A stretch of 63,536 nt of DNA, the filler included, from Octopus bimaculoides (Eukaryota): assembly GCF_001194135.2 (NCBI RefSeq). It is 8 parts of 7 records of this genome, joined end to end, with 100 filler letters (N's around TTAATTAATTAA, not from the genome) between each part and the next. Parts side by side here need not be neighbours in the genome. Positions count along the whole stretch, not along the records: positions 19,893 to 27,787 come from NC_068991.1; positions 27,888 to 30,808 come from NC_068984.1; positions 30,909 to 54,362 come from NC_068987.1; 5 more parts are not named here. One strand, 5' to 3'. The position numbers and the translations under genes were made by a program. The notes under the pieces are model-generated. The model saw only the letters and a list, made by a program, of their open reading frames with translations. It ran no database searches and was not told where the DNA came from. This document shows, piece by piece, positions 23,970 to 37,795 of the stretch (positions are counted from its first letter, which is position 1; each line of letters opens with the position of its first letter).

Positions 23970-24277
23970 GTTGACACAACCAGTAATACTATAGTTTGAT
24001 TCCATTTAATTGCACAAATTTTCATAACATCAGCACATGCTTAGCATGAAATATATCTATGATGGACCAGTATATGTGAATGGTATAAATTTTGGTTAAT
24101 TGCAGTATGTTTTTTTTAAGAAATTTAGAGAAAAAAATGTACAAAGATGTGGCATAAAATTGAATATTTTTTGATTTTATAAGAATATAGAAATTCTGGG
24201 AGCTTCTATTGTAAGAATGAATTAAAATGATAATAATTTACATTGGGTTTGTAAACAACCAATGCAAAAGAGTCCAG

Positions 24278-24498
24278 TCATCATCATCATCATCATCTTC
24301 ATCACTATCAGCATCATCATTATCCATTCTCATCATCATTGTCATTATTATCATCATCATCATCCATTATCATTCATCATCACTGTAATCACCACCACTA
24401 CTACCACCACCACCACCATCATCATCATCTTCCCTCATCATTATCTTTCATCATCACCACCGCCATCATCACCATCACCACCACCACCACCATCATCA
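24278..24498. repeat. (CAT/CAC)n trinucleotide array
   Basis: Direct reading. Confidence 0.9.
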
Positions 24499-25289
24499 TA
24501 TACAATTATTCTTACCTTTTTTCAAGGAATCAAAGATTGCCATAATTCAGATATTACTGTATTTTAATAATCAATAAATGTTCATTATAGATAAAATTTT
24601 ATGAAAATCTCATTTCCAATCATCTGCTGATCTTTCCATGATTGACTCCAACCACAGAAGTCTTTGATTGATTTAATGAAGTTCTTCTTAATTCCTAAGA
24701 CTGTATTTGTCATCAAGAGGGAAGTATGACTTTGACTCAACATTGCTGATTGAAGAATATCAAAAGAATTGCATAGCTGTTCTCAGTGGGGTAGGTTAAG
24801 CAGTTGTCATAGTAATAGGTATCAGTTAGAAAATTACTTTTTTGTATGTCCTTTAGTGATGGGGAAAGGAAGTGTCTACGTGTCTACGGTTGGTTGAGAG
24901 ATGATTATCCTCAAAGAAGAGTCCTGATGACCAAGCAATAGATAAACTCCAATAAAGACATGGAAGATGTCAGGTGAAGATGTTAAATCAGGCAAGAAGC
25001 AATCAAGTCTACAAGGGAGGGATTTGAACCCAGAATACTTCTTTCTTTCCAAAGCTGAAATTCTGTTCAAAAATGCAAGAAAAATATCAATCATTACCAC
25101 AATTACCACAAGGTATCTTGTGTGATGCTGTAACAGTTTTGCCAGTCTAAATTGCCCCAGAGTGGTACTTTATTTAATCAATCCTAGAATGTAATAAGTT
25201 GTAAATAAACTTCATTTATCACTACAGAATGCAACAAGCTGTCAAGCTGTAAATAAACACCACAAGGTATTCTTTCACAAGGTATTCTT

Positions 25290-25620
25290 TCAGTCTGTGG
25301 GCAAGATATCTCAAGAACAGCTGGATGGATCCGGATTAAACTTTCAAGGATATTTGGCCTTGTGACTGGCACAAACTGATTAGATTTTGGGATCAATCAG
25401 GTACCGGGTAAGGATACTGGATTACTTTTCCTGTTTTTCTACTTAATTTTTGAGAGCGGTTGGGTTCATTTTTAATATTCTCGTATGTGAGAGCAGTCGA
25501 GTTTATTTCAGACGTTCTTATTTTAAAAATCGTCTCTGGCTAATCGATGAGAGTATGTTGGTGTTGCTTTGGTGGAGGTTTGTGCTCTCTGAGTACTCTT
25601 GTTATTATTATCATTATTAA
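25290..25620 (+). mobile_element. Non-coding interspersed repeat (HINE/DINE-1-like layout), copy 1
   Basis: The 3' ~150 bp (TGTGAGAGCAGT.GAG...CTCTCTGAGT.CTCTTGTTATTA) recurs at 26905-27050. The superfamily call is inference. Confidence 0.55.
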
Positions 25621-25829
25621 GGTGGTGAGCTGGCAGAATCGTTAGCACACAGGTAAAATGCTTAGTGGTATTTCATCTATCTTTATACTCTGAGCTCAAA
25701 TTCTGCCGAGGTGGACTTTGCCTTTCATCCTTTCAGGTTCAATAAAATAAGTACCAGCTGAGTACTGGGGTTGATGTAATCAACTAGTCCCCTCCCATAA
25801 AATTGTCAGGTCTTGTACCTATATTAGAA
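25621..25829 (+). mobile_element. SINE family A, full length
   Basis: GGTGGTGAGCTGGCAGAATCGTTAGC head through the CTTGTACCTATATTAGAA tail. Confidence 0.9.
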
Positions 25830-26436
25830 TGTGCCACAAACCCCTTATTTTTTTTCGGAAAAAGTGGGGTTGGAGGAGGAAACCGGAATTATTGGAAAAT
25901 GTTTTTGTTTTTTCCGATAAATGAATTATAGTGACGTAATATGCCACAAAGCACTTTTTCGTCTGGAAAACGGGCTGTTTCTTTCTTTAAAATTTCGTTA
26001 AGTTTTACAAGTGCACCTTTATAAAAACTAGTGGTAACGAAGTCTGGACAGGAGAGAGAAAGAATGATTTAAAATCCTTATAAAAACCACGTTAGAGAAA
26101 GAATGATACAAAATCTTTATAAAAATCACGTTAGTGTTTGTGTGTGTGTGAAACAAAGTATTATATTAAAACAAAATATCTTTTACATACCTCTTAAAAA
26201 TCACTAGTTTTCAAATGGTATCCAATGTTTTCACTTTCCTTCAGCAATTATTCATGCCAAAATTTTAATTGGGTAAACTAATAGGTTTCAATTTTGTGTG
26301 GAGAGAGAGAGAGAGAAAGAGAGAGACACACCCACACACATCTTTCATGTAATATACTTTGTGTAGCTAAACTTCCAATGGCATAGCCATGTCATGGGTC
26401 AAATGGAGCGAATGAGTGATTTCATATGTGTGTGTG

Positions 26437-26469
<33 letters not shown>

Positions 26470-26474
<5 letters not shown>

Positions 26475-26830
26475 TAGAAGTAAGGACCTGAACCCTTCAA
26501 AGGGATGTTTAGCATCCAGGTTCCTGAGGAAAAGCCTAATTTGTGATTTGAAAAGGATTATATTTTCCTTGAAGTTATGAGGGAAAAACTTGGATCTTCT
26601 GAATCTTGTGAATTTTCCGAAGTCCTCCTCCCACCCTTTGGGAAAGATTTTCCCCGTAAATTTCTTTATAATCGTAATCTATACCTTTTGAAAGATATTT
26701 ATATAAAATTTCAGTAAAAAAAACCCATTTTTCTAAAAGTTATGAAGGAAAAACATTGGATCTTGTGAATTTTTCGAAGGCCTCTCTCCACCCCCATTGC
26801 TTTCCGGGCATTTTTGTTTTCATATTCGTT
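26470..26830. repeat. Repeat with ~170-bp internal direct duplication
   Basis: AAGTTATGA.GGAAAAAC.TTGGATCTT...GTGAATTTT.CGAAG occurs twice (about 26572 and 26738). Confidence 0.55.
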
Positions 26831-26904
26831 TCCTACACCTTTTTTTATATCCGTTACACTATTTTATTTTTCGATTTCGTTTCTGGGTAATAATGTCAAC
26901 ATTA

Positions 26905-27053
26905 ACTGTATTCTCATTTGTGAGAGCAGTTGAGATTATTTCAGATATTCTCATTTTAAAAATCATCTCAGGCTAATTGTTGAGAGGACGTTGGTGTTGC
27001 CATGGCAGAAGTTTGCGCTCTCTGAGTGCTCTTGTTATTAATTATTATTATTA
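26905..27053 (+). mobile_element. Partial second copy of the repeat at 25290-25620
   Basis: Aligns by eye to 25470-25620. Confidence 0.6.
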
Positions 27054-27149
27054 GTTTTGCTGTTGATCTGTAAACAGAGAAAATATTTTGAGTTTAGGAA
27101 TTTATTGTTGAGTTTTTGTGGATTCATTTTATTGGTTTGTTGTGGAGGA

Positions 27150-27345
27150 AAGAGTCTGTGTCGATGGAGTTTGCAAGACCTTCAACACCTGTGAGATTGA
27201 TAGAATTAACTGTGGCAGATTGATAGCTGCAGGGAAGGAGTTGCAGAGAGTGGACAGTTCTGGGGGAAGTTGGATTGAGCATAAGGGTTCATGCTGGGCT
27301 GGGGTGGGGGAAGAACACAATAAGGGTAAGAGGGAGGGATCTAGT
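27150..27345 (-). mobile_element. Probable CR1/L2-type LINE 3' end, decayed
   Basis: PELSTLCNSFPAAINL resembles the P-R-T..LWN.LP...FP C-terminus of CR1/L2 ORF2. Weak evidence. Confidence 0.35.
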
Positions 27346-27691
27346 TAAACTGATTCACAAAATCAACTCCCTTTAATTTTGCTCAGATTGCTTTCAACTT
27401 TGGTGTATCGATGCAACTCTGAATTTTGATTACAATCAACCAATTACTTTATCTCGTAAATTAAAGAATCTCATGTTATTTGGAATTAAAGTTGGGCAAA
27501 TTTGGGTAATTTTAGCCAATCAACAGACAGTGAAGCATTAACAGCTTGTTACCATGACAACTGCACATTGTGTTGTGTTTCACTTCATCTGCATGCTGTG
27601 TTGTGTTAATTCTTCACACCACAAGATTTACTTCACCCGAATGTTTTGTTGTAATAAAAATTTATATTTATCAATTAGAATTTTATTATAG

Positions 27692-27787
27692 ACTAGCAGA
27701 GATACCCGGCGTTGCCCGTGTTACATGCAATTGAAAAATGAGACTTTTCTGTTATATTTTCTGTAAGGAACTGGAATACATATGATT
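27692..27787 (+). mobile_element. Helitron/HINE-like 5' end
   Basis: ACTAGCAGAGATACCCGGCGTTGCCCG. The CCCGGCGTTGCCCG core recurs inverted at 63426-63439. Cut by a gap. Confidence 0.5.
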
Positions 27788-28582
27788 NNNNNNNNNNNNN
27801 NNNNNNNNNNNNNNNNNNNNNNNNNNNNNNNTTAATTAATTAANNNNNNNNNNNNNNNNNNNNNNNNNNNNNNNNNNNNNNNNNNNNGAACACTTAATCC
27901 AGCGAGAAAAGTATTGAAAATAACCATTAACCGACATGGATGTATAAACGCCCTCTTGCAAGCAGCATGTCACGAGTACACACGCTCATATAAGCATTAG
28001 TCAAAATGTGAGCATGCTCACACGCGAGGTTAGGCGCACTCATAATTACAAAGGGAGTTAGATATTTAGTAGGTGTTTAGAAGAACGGGGAAACTTAAAG
28101 TAAATTTATCTATACCTTAAAATAAAATAAAATAAAATTACACTAAGTTAACGGTTACTCAAAATTCATTCTAACTGTATTGTGCAAATGTACATTTATA
28201 TGCGTATAGGCGTCTCCATAGTCTTTCAGAAATTTCGTTAGTCCACAGAATAGACAGGGATTCCTGGCCTAAAGCTGGCAACATGATTACGATAACGATT
28301 CTTTAATGAATCAGCCGTTTGCCCAATGTAAACATAGGGCCCTCATCTTGTGTGCACGGTACATTTATATACAAGATTTGTACTCATATAGAGATTCATC
28401 AAAGGACATTTTGATTTATCCTTGCATGAGCATTTATCGTTTTTATTTGTACAAAAATCAGTCCTGACTTCATTTACCGGCGTTGTTATCGTGCTAGCTA
28501 TACCATGAATATTTCTACTACTACAAAGTTTACTACTACAAATCTCTCTCTGTCTCTGTCTCTGTCTCTCCCTCTCTCTGTC

Positions 28583-28655
<73 letters not shown>

Positions 28656-28659
28656 GCGA

Positions 28660-29480
28660 GTAAATCATGTCCCAGAAGAGTTCAATAGGGTTCATATCTG
28701 GTAACTGGCTTGGCCATGATAACTTCTTGATGTCATTCTCTTCCAACAAATGATGGGTTATTTAACCGTATGACAAGAAGCTCCATCTTTCGTAAATAGT
28801 CTTCTTTAATCATCTCGCCACTAGAGAAGATTGGAAGGAGTCCTTTCTGCAATATGGATACAAATTTATCTGAGTTTATATTTCTCTCACACTCCAGCAG
28901 CTTTGATCAATCATTGCTCCAAATTGCTCCTCAGACCATCACAGAACAGCTGCTGTGTTTCAGTGTTGGCTGCAATCTTTTCACATCAAATTCTTGATAA
29001 CATCCTCCAGACCCATACTCGACCACTATCAGGGAATACAGCAAATCTGGACTCATCAGAGAATATGACAATGTCCTAGAATGCTAGTGACCATTCCACC
29101 ATCACATTGGCTCAATCTTTTCTCCACTTGAGGTTGGCTGGTCGAAGAAGTGGCTTCCGTCTTGCTACTCTGCCATCGTAACCAAGTATGTAGAGATACC
29201 TGACAGCTGTTCTGGGACTGACATCAACTTCTGCCGTGTCAGAAGCCTTGCCACGAGGGATATCATCCACACTTCTCTTAGCAAAGCAAAGGGTCCTCTC
29301 AGAGTGCGCTGGTTGATCGGTAGGAGATGATGTGGATTCCTTCCCCTCTCTGGTGAATTGCACACTCACAGTATCAAATTGTAGAAAGCGGGATCCCGAG
29401 GTTTTATGCGATTTTACACTGACTATGCCCCCCTTCAGAGTAACCCACAATACGGCCTCTTTGAAATTCAGAAAGTTCCA
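28660..29480 (-). mobile_element. Tc1-like (DD34E) transposase remnant
   Basis: ARRKPLL, IFSDESRF, GRVWVWR, INSDKFVSIL, KDGASCHT and WPSQLPDMNPIELFWD motifs, with frameshifts and stops. Confidence 0.9.
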
Positions 29481-29777
29481 AGACTCTTTTTCTACATGAT
29501 TAAACAGTCACATATGCAACTTGATACATAAAATGCTAATTAATAAAAGATATAAACCTTTACAAGTTAAAATAACCATAAAACGATGTTTTATGAGGTG
29601 CTTACTTACTTCTGTCGCGTGTGTGTGTGTTAAGATCAGATGTCTTGTGCACAGCATGGAATGAAGTGCTGAACGTTACAATATGCTGCCTACTCTAGGA
29701 AGCGATGTCACGACTACTTCAAACATAAATGTGCCTAAATGTTACAATGCTATACATGCATATATTCGTTCATATAC

Positions 29778-29833
<56 letters not shown>

Positions 29834-30021
29834 NNNNNNNNNNNNNNNNNNNNNNNNNNNNNNNNNNNNNNNNNNNNNNNNNNNNNNNNNNNNNNNNNNN
29901 NNNNNNNNNNNNNNNNNNNNNNNNNNNNNNNNNNNNNNNNNNNNNNNNNNNNNNNNNNNNNNNNNNNNNNNNNNNNNNNNNNNNNNNNNNNNNNNNNNNN
30001 NNNNNNNNNNNNNNNNNNNNN

Positions 30022-30109
<88 letters not shown>

Positions 30110-30364
30110 TTGTGTGCATGTATGTATACATATTCCTATGCTTGTTTATATACATGCGTATATACATGCACATATTATATCCATTCTGTCATATCTATTT
30201 TCTGTAGCCTCTATAGCTGGTAATTAATCATGCACATAAATACTATGTTGCCTCTAATATTGACAGAGACACATTTTTACAATGTAATGGTATATGTACG
30301 TGTGTGCCGATATATGCGCGCCTGTTTATGTGTACTTTTATATGTAATATTATGTCTGTGGTAC

Positions 30365-30598
30365 CGCGTGGCTTAGTGGTTAGGATGTTGGGCTCATGAT
30401 CATAGGACTGTGGTTTCCATTCCTGGACTGGAAAATGTGTCATGTTCTTCAGCAATACCCTTCATTTTAGGTTGCTCCAGTTCACTCAGCTGGCAAAAAT
30501 TAGTAATCATGCGACCGACCGGTGTCTTGTCCAGGTGGGGAATATATACGTCACGAAACCGGGAAACCGGCCCTTATGAGACGGCGTGACTCTAGAAG
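30365..30598 (+). mobile_element. SINE family D
   Basis: Paralog of 17587-17832. Confidence 0.85.
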
Positions 30599-30908
30599 AT
30601 AATTTTTTTTATTTTCTACTAATATATTGTATGTCCTATCCATCACACATACACACACACAAACACACATACAAACATATATATGCAAATGTATGTTTAC
30701 GATATGAAACTGCATCTGGTAGTGAGGCTCCAGCTCGGGCATTCTGGAGTTGGGTAAAGGATGATGTCGCCTTTTAATTGCCACTATTCCCACTTCTATT
30801 TTGACTCGNNNNNNNNNNNNNNNNNNNNNNNNNNNNNNNNNNNNNNNNNNNNTTAATTAATTAANNNNNNNNNNNNNNNNNNNNNNNNNNNNNNNNNNNN
30901 NNNNNNNN

Positions 30909-30950
<42 letters not shown>

Positions 30951-31074
30951 GCGCGCTTCTCTGTGTATTTCTGTGTATCTGCGTGCACGTGTAATAGTCT
31001 GCATGCGTGCCTGTATGTATATTTCTTTTTATGAAACAGTGAGAATCTGTAACACACACACACACACACACACA

Positions 31075-31108
<34 letters not shown>

Positions 31109-31299
31109 TAGCCTATTTGCATATGTGCGGGAGCAGGTGCGCATTTACATATGGAGGCGCATGTGTATTGACGGAGAAAATACAAGACCCCGCTTTCACT
31201 TATAACCACTGACGAGTGCAGTTTTCGAGGTTACATACGTGCATATGTGTGTATATGTGTATTTGTATACATAAAAATGTATACACGAGATGAGATGCA

Positions 31300-31450
31300 T
31301 GTGTTACTAACATGCTCATTGCGCAACCATATGGCCACAGGGTTGATTTCACTGCGTGGCACCTTGGGCAAGTGTCTTTTGCTGTAGACTTTGGTCGACG
31401 GATACTGAACAGAAGACTGTCCGATCTCTCGTATTCCATCTCGTTTCTGT
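31300..31450 (+). mobile_element. SINE family C 5' part, diverged
   Basis: CACTGCGTGGCACCTTGGGCAAGTGTCTT matches the family C core. Confidence 0.7.
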
Positions 31451-31453
31451 CTC

Positions 31454-31497
<44 letters not shown>

Positions 31498-32228
31498 NNN
31501 NNNNNNNNNNNNNNNNNNNNNNNNNNNNNNNNNNNNNNNNNNNNNNNNNNNNNNNNNNNNNNNNNNNNNNNNNNNNNNNNNNNNNNNNNNNNNNNNNNNN
31601 NNNNNNNNNNNNNNNNNNNNNNNNNNNNNNNNNNNNNNNNNNNNNNNNNNNNNNNNNNNNNNNNNNNNNNNNNNNNNNNNNNNNNNNNNNNNNNNNNNNN
31701 NNNNNNNNNNNNNNNNNNNNNNNNNNNNNNNNNNNNNNNNNNNNNNNNNNNNNNNNNNNNNNNNNNNNNNNNNNNNNNNNNNNNNNNNNNNNNNNNNNNN
31801 NNNNNNNNNNNNNNNNNNNNNNNNNNNNNNNNNNNNNNNNNNNNNNNNNNNNNNNNNNNNNNNNNNNNNNNNNNNNNNNNNNNNNNNATATATATACACA
31901 TATAGACAGACAGACAGACAGACATACATACAGACAGACAGATAGACAGACAGACAGACAGACACAGACAAACAGACAGGCAGATAGATAGATAGATAGA
32001 TAGATGGGCCTGTTTGCATGTGTGTTGGTATGTAAGTGCGTAGCAGAATAAAAATTGAGTAGTGAACATTATTTCTCTCTATTTATCCATCTACGTATTT
32101 AATAGGTCTTCACTCTGGCAGTCATAATCAATTTATATCATGTATCAATCAAATCGATACTCCTGTATGAAAACTAGAAATGCATTTTACGTTCTTCCAT
32201 TTCGATAATTTTATGTTCCTTTTCCTTC

Positions 32229-32262
<34 letters not shown>

Positions 32263-34801
32263 TTTTGTATTTTTTATACGTCTGTTATTGTTGTGATTGT
32301 TGTCGTTATTGATAATCAATTATCTGATTTATTTATATAGCAGAAAGAGAGAAGAACGAGAGAAACAGATTTAAAGTGAGGGTGAGAGAATATGTATTAT
32401 ATATGAGGATAGATCGTAAATATTTACGGAGAAAGAGTGGTAGAAAGAGTGGTAACGAGTGCGGAGAGAAAGAAATTGTATAGAAATAAGTGGATATGTG
32501 CATCGGTGTATATATGTGGAATTACTTGGGCGGGTGAATACGTGAGGAAGTTTATACCCACCTCTCACTGTCTCTCTCTCAATCATTTTCGTTCTGTCTG
32601 TGTGATGATGTATCTTGTTAAAGATCCATTAGCAGAGAAAAATACAAGGTTCCTGATCATTGGAAATATACGCGTTGCACTCCCCCCTCAAACACATACA
32701 CATATAAAGAGTTAAACAAAAGTTACTCGAAGTAATCAATAGCGTGATTGTGGCCGTAGAAAATTTAATGAATCTCTCTTTTATAGTCGTGAGTTATCAA
32801 ATACCTGACGGGAAATATTAGCAACTATCAAGGACAAGGGGAGATAATTTGAAACAAAGTATGATTCAAGGGTATGTAGAACTCAGGCAGAGGACAGTCA
32901 CAATTTTGCTCCCTTATCAGGGACGAAAGGGACATGCGTTTCAATCACTTTGACCTAACCAGCAACGTGCAGGTTAACATTGCCTGTGGACGGGTTATTT
33001 AAGCTTTTGCATATAGGAAACGAAGTAGATTTATTTTGGCCAACGGTAATACTCCGAGTAGATAAGAATGAGAATTGCTTAGTGAAATAACTTAAGAAGT
33101 CAATTAATACCAAAGTTTGCTTTTTATTACGCAAAATTATCTACCTTCTTCCTTGAGATTAGCTTAAGTTACCGTTAGGCTTTTGTTTATATTCTCTAGC
33201 TGAAGGGGGAACTTAAATTAACTAAGTATTTATGGTGTACAGCATTCAATACATACCCCTTTAGAACAACACACACATTATATATATGTACATTTATATA
33301 TATGTACATTTATATATATGCATTGTAGGCATGTATGTGTGTATATATTTGTGCATGTGTGTATATATTTGTACATGTGTATATATTTATATACATGCAT
33401 ATATGTATATATGCATATGATATATGATGTTGTATGGTTTGTTTTTTGGTGTGTCTGTGGAGAATAGAATGTTGGTTGTACTTTGTAGATGATCTCTAAA
33501 AAAAAAGAGATCCAATAGATTTTTAGAATAAACTTTGTGTCCATTCACCGGTTCAAACCATTGTCTAGAGTCTAGACATATAATTTCATTTCCAGACTCT
33601 ATATGCCATCATGTATACATACTTACACACATATATACACATACATATATGCATATATATATATGCTATTATTAGATACATACGTATGTGTGTCCGTGTG
33701 TTTTTGCATTTGAATATTATGTGCGCACGTTCGTGTGCAAATGTGTCTGCGTGTGTGTGTTTAAAATGGATTGCTGCCTGGCTGAAGCCAGTGGGGCGCA
33801 AGGCAGAAAATCATAACAAAACAACTGGAGTTAGAGATGGCTCGCTGGCTCTGTATGACGTTGGTTGGTTGGTTGGTTGGTTGGCTTGCTGACTGGCCGG
33901 CTGGTTGGTTAGCTGGTTGGTTGGTTAGTCGGTCGGTTGGTTAGTTATGTGTATAACTGGATTGAAGGTTGACCCACAGAAACAACACATCGGACTCTCC
34001 GTGGAGGAATAAAAGAATTAATGGTTGAATGGAAATTGTTGTTTGGCGTGGATGGTTGAAGGTAAAGAGGGTTTAGTTTAGCCTTCGCTCTGGCTTACTG
34101 CGTTAATGGCTTCGTGGTTTGGTGGTTTGATTGGTTGGCTGTGTTATGTTGACGGACAAATAGATGCTAGGATACGATGCATGTTTGGATAGATGGAGTT
34201 CATGTTTAATGGATAGATGGATAACTAGATGGATAGGAGTATGCATGCATATAAGTATGGACAGATCTATACCTGTGCATGTACGCGTATGCTTACATAC
34301 ATACATAACATATATACATACATGTGTGTGTGCATATATATATAGTTATGTATATGTATTCACTTAGATATACATTTATGCACATGTTTCATGTATGTAG
34401 GTAGGTATCATGTATGTGTGTGTATGTATGAATGTATGTATGTATTATGTATATATGTGTGTACGTATGAATGTATAGATGTACGTATGGACAGACAAAT
34501 AGCAAGATGAAAGGATGGATGGATACTGACTGACAGATGGATAAATTTGGAGAGACGTAATTGTAGATGAAATAAATGGCCACAAAGTTTGCAAACATTG
34601 TGGGCTACATTTTTTTGTATCTTTTTCCCCTTTTTTTGTTATTGTTTTTAATTAGTAAACTAAACTCAACGTACTGTTAATGTGTGTGTGTGTGTGTGTG
34701 GTGTGAAGAAATGACAATGGCGAAAAAAATAAATACAAGTAAAAAAAAATGAAGGACAGAGTAGGAGAAAGAGACAACAGAGAAGGGTGGGGATAAATAG
34801 C

Positions 34802-34854
<53 letters not shown>

Positions 34855-34944
34855 TAATAAGTTAACGAGGGAGATAACAAGGCAATCACTCTATCCATCT
34901 TAAAAGTTGTTTAAAATAGGAAGGTGCTGAAATGTGTGTATGGG

Positions 34945-35290
34945 GGTCTTGAGAGGCCAAAATGGAGTCGAATGGAATAAAGAAAAAGGAGATGGAGGAG
35001 GAAGGAGGTACAAAAGCCTGATAGGGTCCAATGGTGTGGAAAGCAGAGAAAAGAATCGTCGTCAGGATTTTAGAAGAATAAGAAAAAGAGCTGAAGGTGT
35101 GAGTAAGGAAAGTAGAGAGGGGTGGAGGATAGAAAGAAGAGGAGAGGAGAGGAGAGAAGGGGGGAGGTAAAGGAGAAAGAGAGGAGTGGTGAGAAAGGAG
35201 AGAGAGAGAGAGGGCAGGGGCTAGAGAAGGCGAAAGTAACACGGGGAGGGGGAGATAGATAGGGGGGAGGAGGATTGGAGAGAAGTGCCA
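34945..35290. repeat. Polypurine (GGA/GA-rich) tract
   Basis: Direct reading. Confidence 0.8.
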
Positions 35291-35377
35291 TTGTGTCAAG
35301 AAAGCAAATGCGATTTAACAATAACCAAATCTACAACAACAGCACCACCACCAACAACAACAACATCAGCAACAAAA

Positions 35378-35425
<48 letters not shown>

Positions 35426-37369
35426 ACTACTACTACTACTACTAGCCAATCAGGGAGCTTCTGACGGTGGTCGCCAATGGACCAGCTAGAATAATCAGTA
35501 AAATGAAATGTCCCTGAAAATACCCATAATACTTCATCAAGTACATTTGTATAATATAACCTTAGATAGACATTGTCTATCTCGGGTTATATTATGTACG
35601 CATATGTCCGTCTTATTATCTCAAGCAAACGTTACGCTGCTAGTCGTAGTTTCGATTAGAACCAGTTCGGTGTGTAAAAAATATAAACAAATAAAGATAT
35701 GAGTAACTACTACTACTACTACTACTCTACTAATACTACTACTGTACATGTCGTGTGTATTATTTTTATCCAACTCAAACCCTGTCCCTCCCACCGCAAG
35801 ACGTCCTGTTTCATTCTTTTTTTGTCTACCAGCGAAGTTTTTTTCGGAGTGTTTTTAGCCACAGGTCAAACTCTGTTCATGTAGAGCTATCTATGATCGA
35901 GTTTTCCTTCAATCTTTACCATTCCTCACGTACGTTGTACTCGTTTCTCATCTTTCTTTCTACATATCCATTATCTAATGTATTGTCTCAATATTCAAGA
36001 CACTAGTGAGTTTCATTGCTTTCTATTTCACATCGGATGACCACACGGAAGCTGGTTTGTTATTGTTTAACTGCCAACCACTCGTTACAGCTCATCCTTG
36101 ATTCAACAGACCTATGATAATCAAAAACATTGTTGTGGCCAACGAAATTATAAAATCAGGTTACATCTCCAAAAGGCTCATGGGAAATATCTGGTTTCTC
36201 CATTTGGCGATTATTGGTAGATATTTGTTATCATGAAAGATACGTGAATTGGTATTATTGCAGCGTCTTATACAGCTATATTAACAATACCTGGATGACA
36301 GTGGCGATGAGGCGAACGAGAAGAGCCAACATAGAAGCTTTTATGCACCCCCTCTATTTGCTAGACATAACAGCTAAATCACACTCTCCTCTATGTTATC
36401 GCGATGGAATTGACGTATTAGATAATGTATGCAAATAGTATATACAATCACCCTCTCGGGAATGCCTAAAATAAATATTAAATGAAGATAATTCAAATAA
36501 AATCAGGCGCCCCAAATTTTTGCATAAACGTGATGATAAGTTAGGGATGCATCTCGTCTTTAAACGTAACTAGCGAAAGCAGAGGGCATAGACGTTTATT
36601 AGTCCTGCTCAATGAAGCTAGTACATACTAATGTGTTTATCACAGATGTAGAGAATGCGGAATGATGCGGGTTATGAATACCAAAAATATGACAGAAGCA
36701 AATTAACTCGAGGAAGTTTCCAAATGCTAAATGCCATGGCAGGGCCACACATATTAGTAGTTTTGGAAATTGAAAAAAATAAAAAATAAAATATTCCGTT
36801 TAACGGAGGTCATTCACGCATTTTAGTAGATTAAAAACTATGTGTAAAGAACAGCCAATCAGAAACTAGTTATTTCTGATTTTATGCATTTTATAAAATA
36901 GAGGGCGTGATTTGATGAAGCAGTTACATTTAGAATAATAAATAACTTGGTAGAGGGTCCTTCGTCCAGAACAAATTAATATGAAGTTGTGTTGGACACG
37001 ATGACCGTAATAGTGCTAAATAATATTAATGTATGGGTTATTCTGTAATCAATCGGTGGCTCACAATCGTTTAAAAGAAAGAATACATAGACGCCCTAAA
37101 TGTATAAGCCTCGTTGGAACTTCGAAGAATATGTGATAATCTTGAATGGGTCCCGTCAACTCACTTTTGATATACGTGTGTGCGGCCGCTAAACGCACAG
37201 TTATCTACTTGTATATATGTATAGGTAAATATATGTAAAGTTCAATATGTAAAGTTCAATTTTAGCTATGCAATCAACGAGTAAGACGAAATTCTGACTA
37301 ACAACAGAAGTCCATCTAAAATAAATATTTACACTCTACTAAATGCACTGCGTAGTTATTTTTCACACA

Positions 37370-37410
<41 letters not shown>

Positions 37411-37795
37411 AGGTAAAAGAAAGAAACAGTATTCAGGAAAGCAAGTGCTGATCTGCGTTATGAAAAGCTGCACATTTATTTGCAAAGTTTAAAGTTACAT
37501 AAGCTTTTATAGTTGGGAGAGAAGTTTGCGACGTTTCGGAGAAAATCTTTCTTCGCCATTAGATTATGTGAGCTTAGATAAAGTGGCGAATATCAGGGAA
37601 GGACAGTAAGTTAGTAGCTGCGTTTCACTGAGAAGGAAGTAGCTAGAGAAAGAACACTATTGGTAATGAAAGAAATTGAAAGAGAGGTAAGAGAATTTGG
37701 ATGAGATTGAGGGGCAGAAAGGATAAAAGTGATAAGGGAGGGAGAAGACTAGAACGATAAAGGAAGGGAAGAGCTTTGATATGACTAGGTTTGTG

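Noticed and set aside
24590-24745. Minus-strand open frame MLSQSHTSLLMTNTV...QQMIGNE after an acceptor
   Set aside because: No donor and no recognisable homology; this length is expected by chance.
32787-32871. Plus-strand 85-nt exon (TTTTATAG| ... AAGG|GTATGT)
   Set aside because: Stops in all frames, and GTATGT is very common here; could only be UTR, with no further support.
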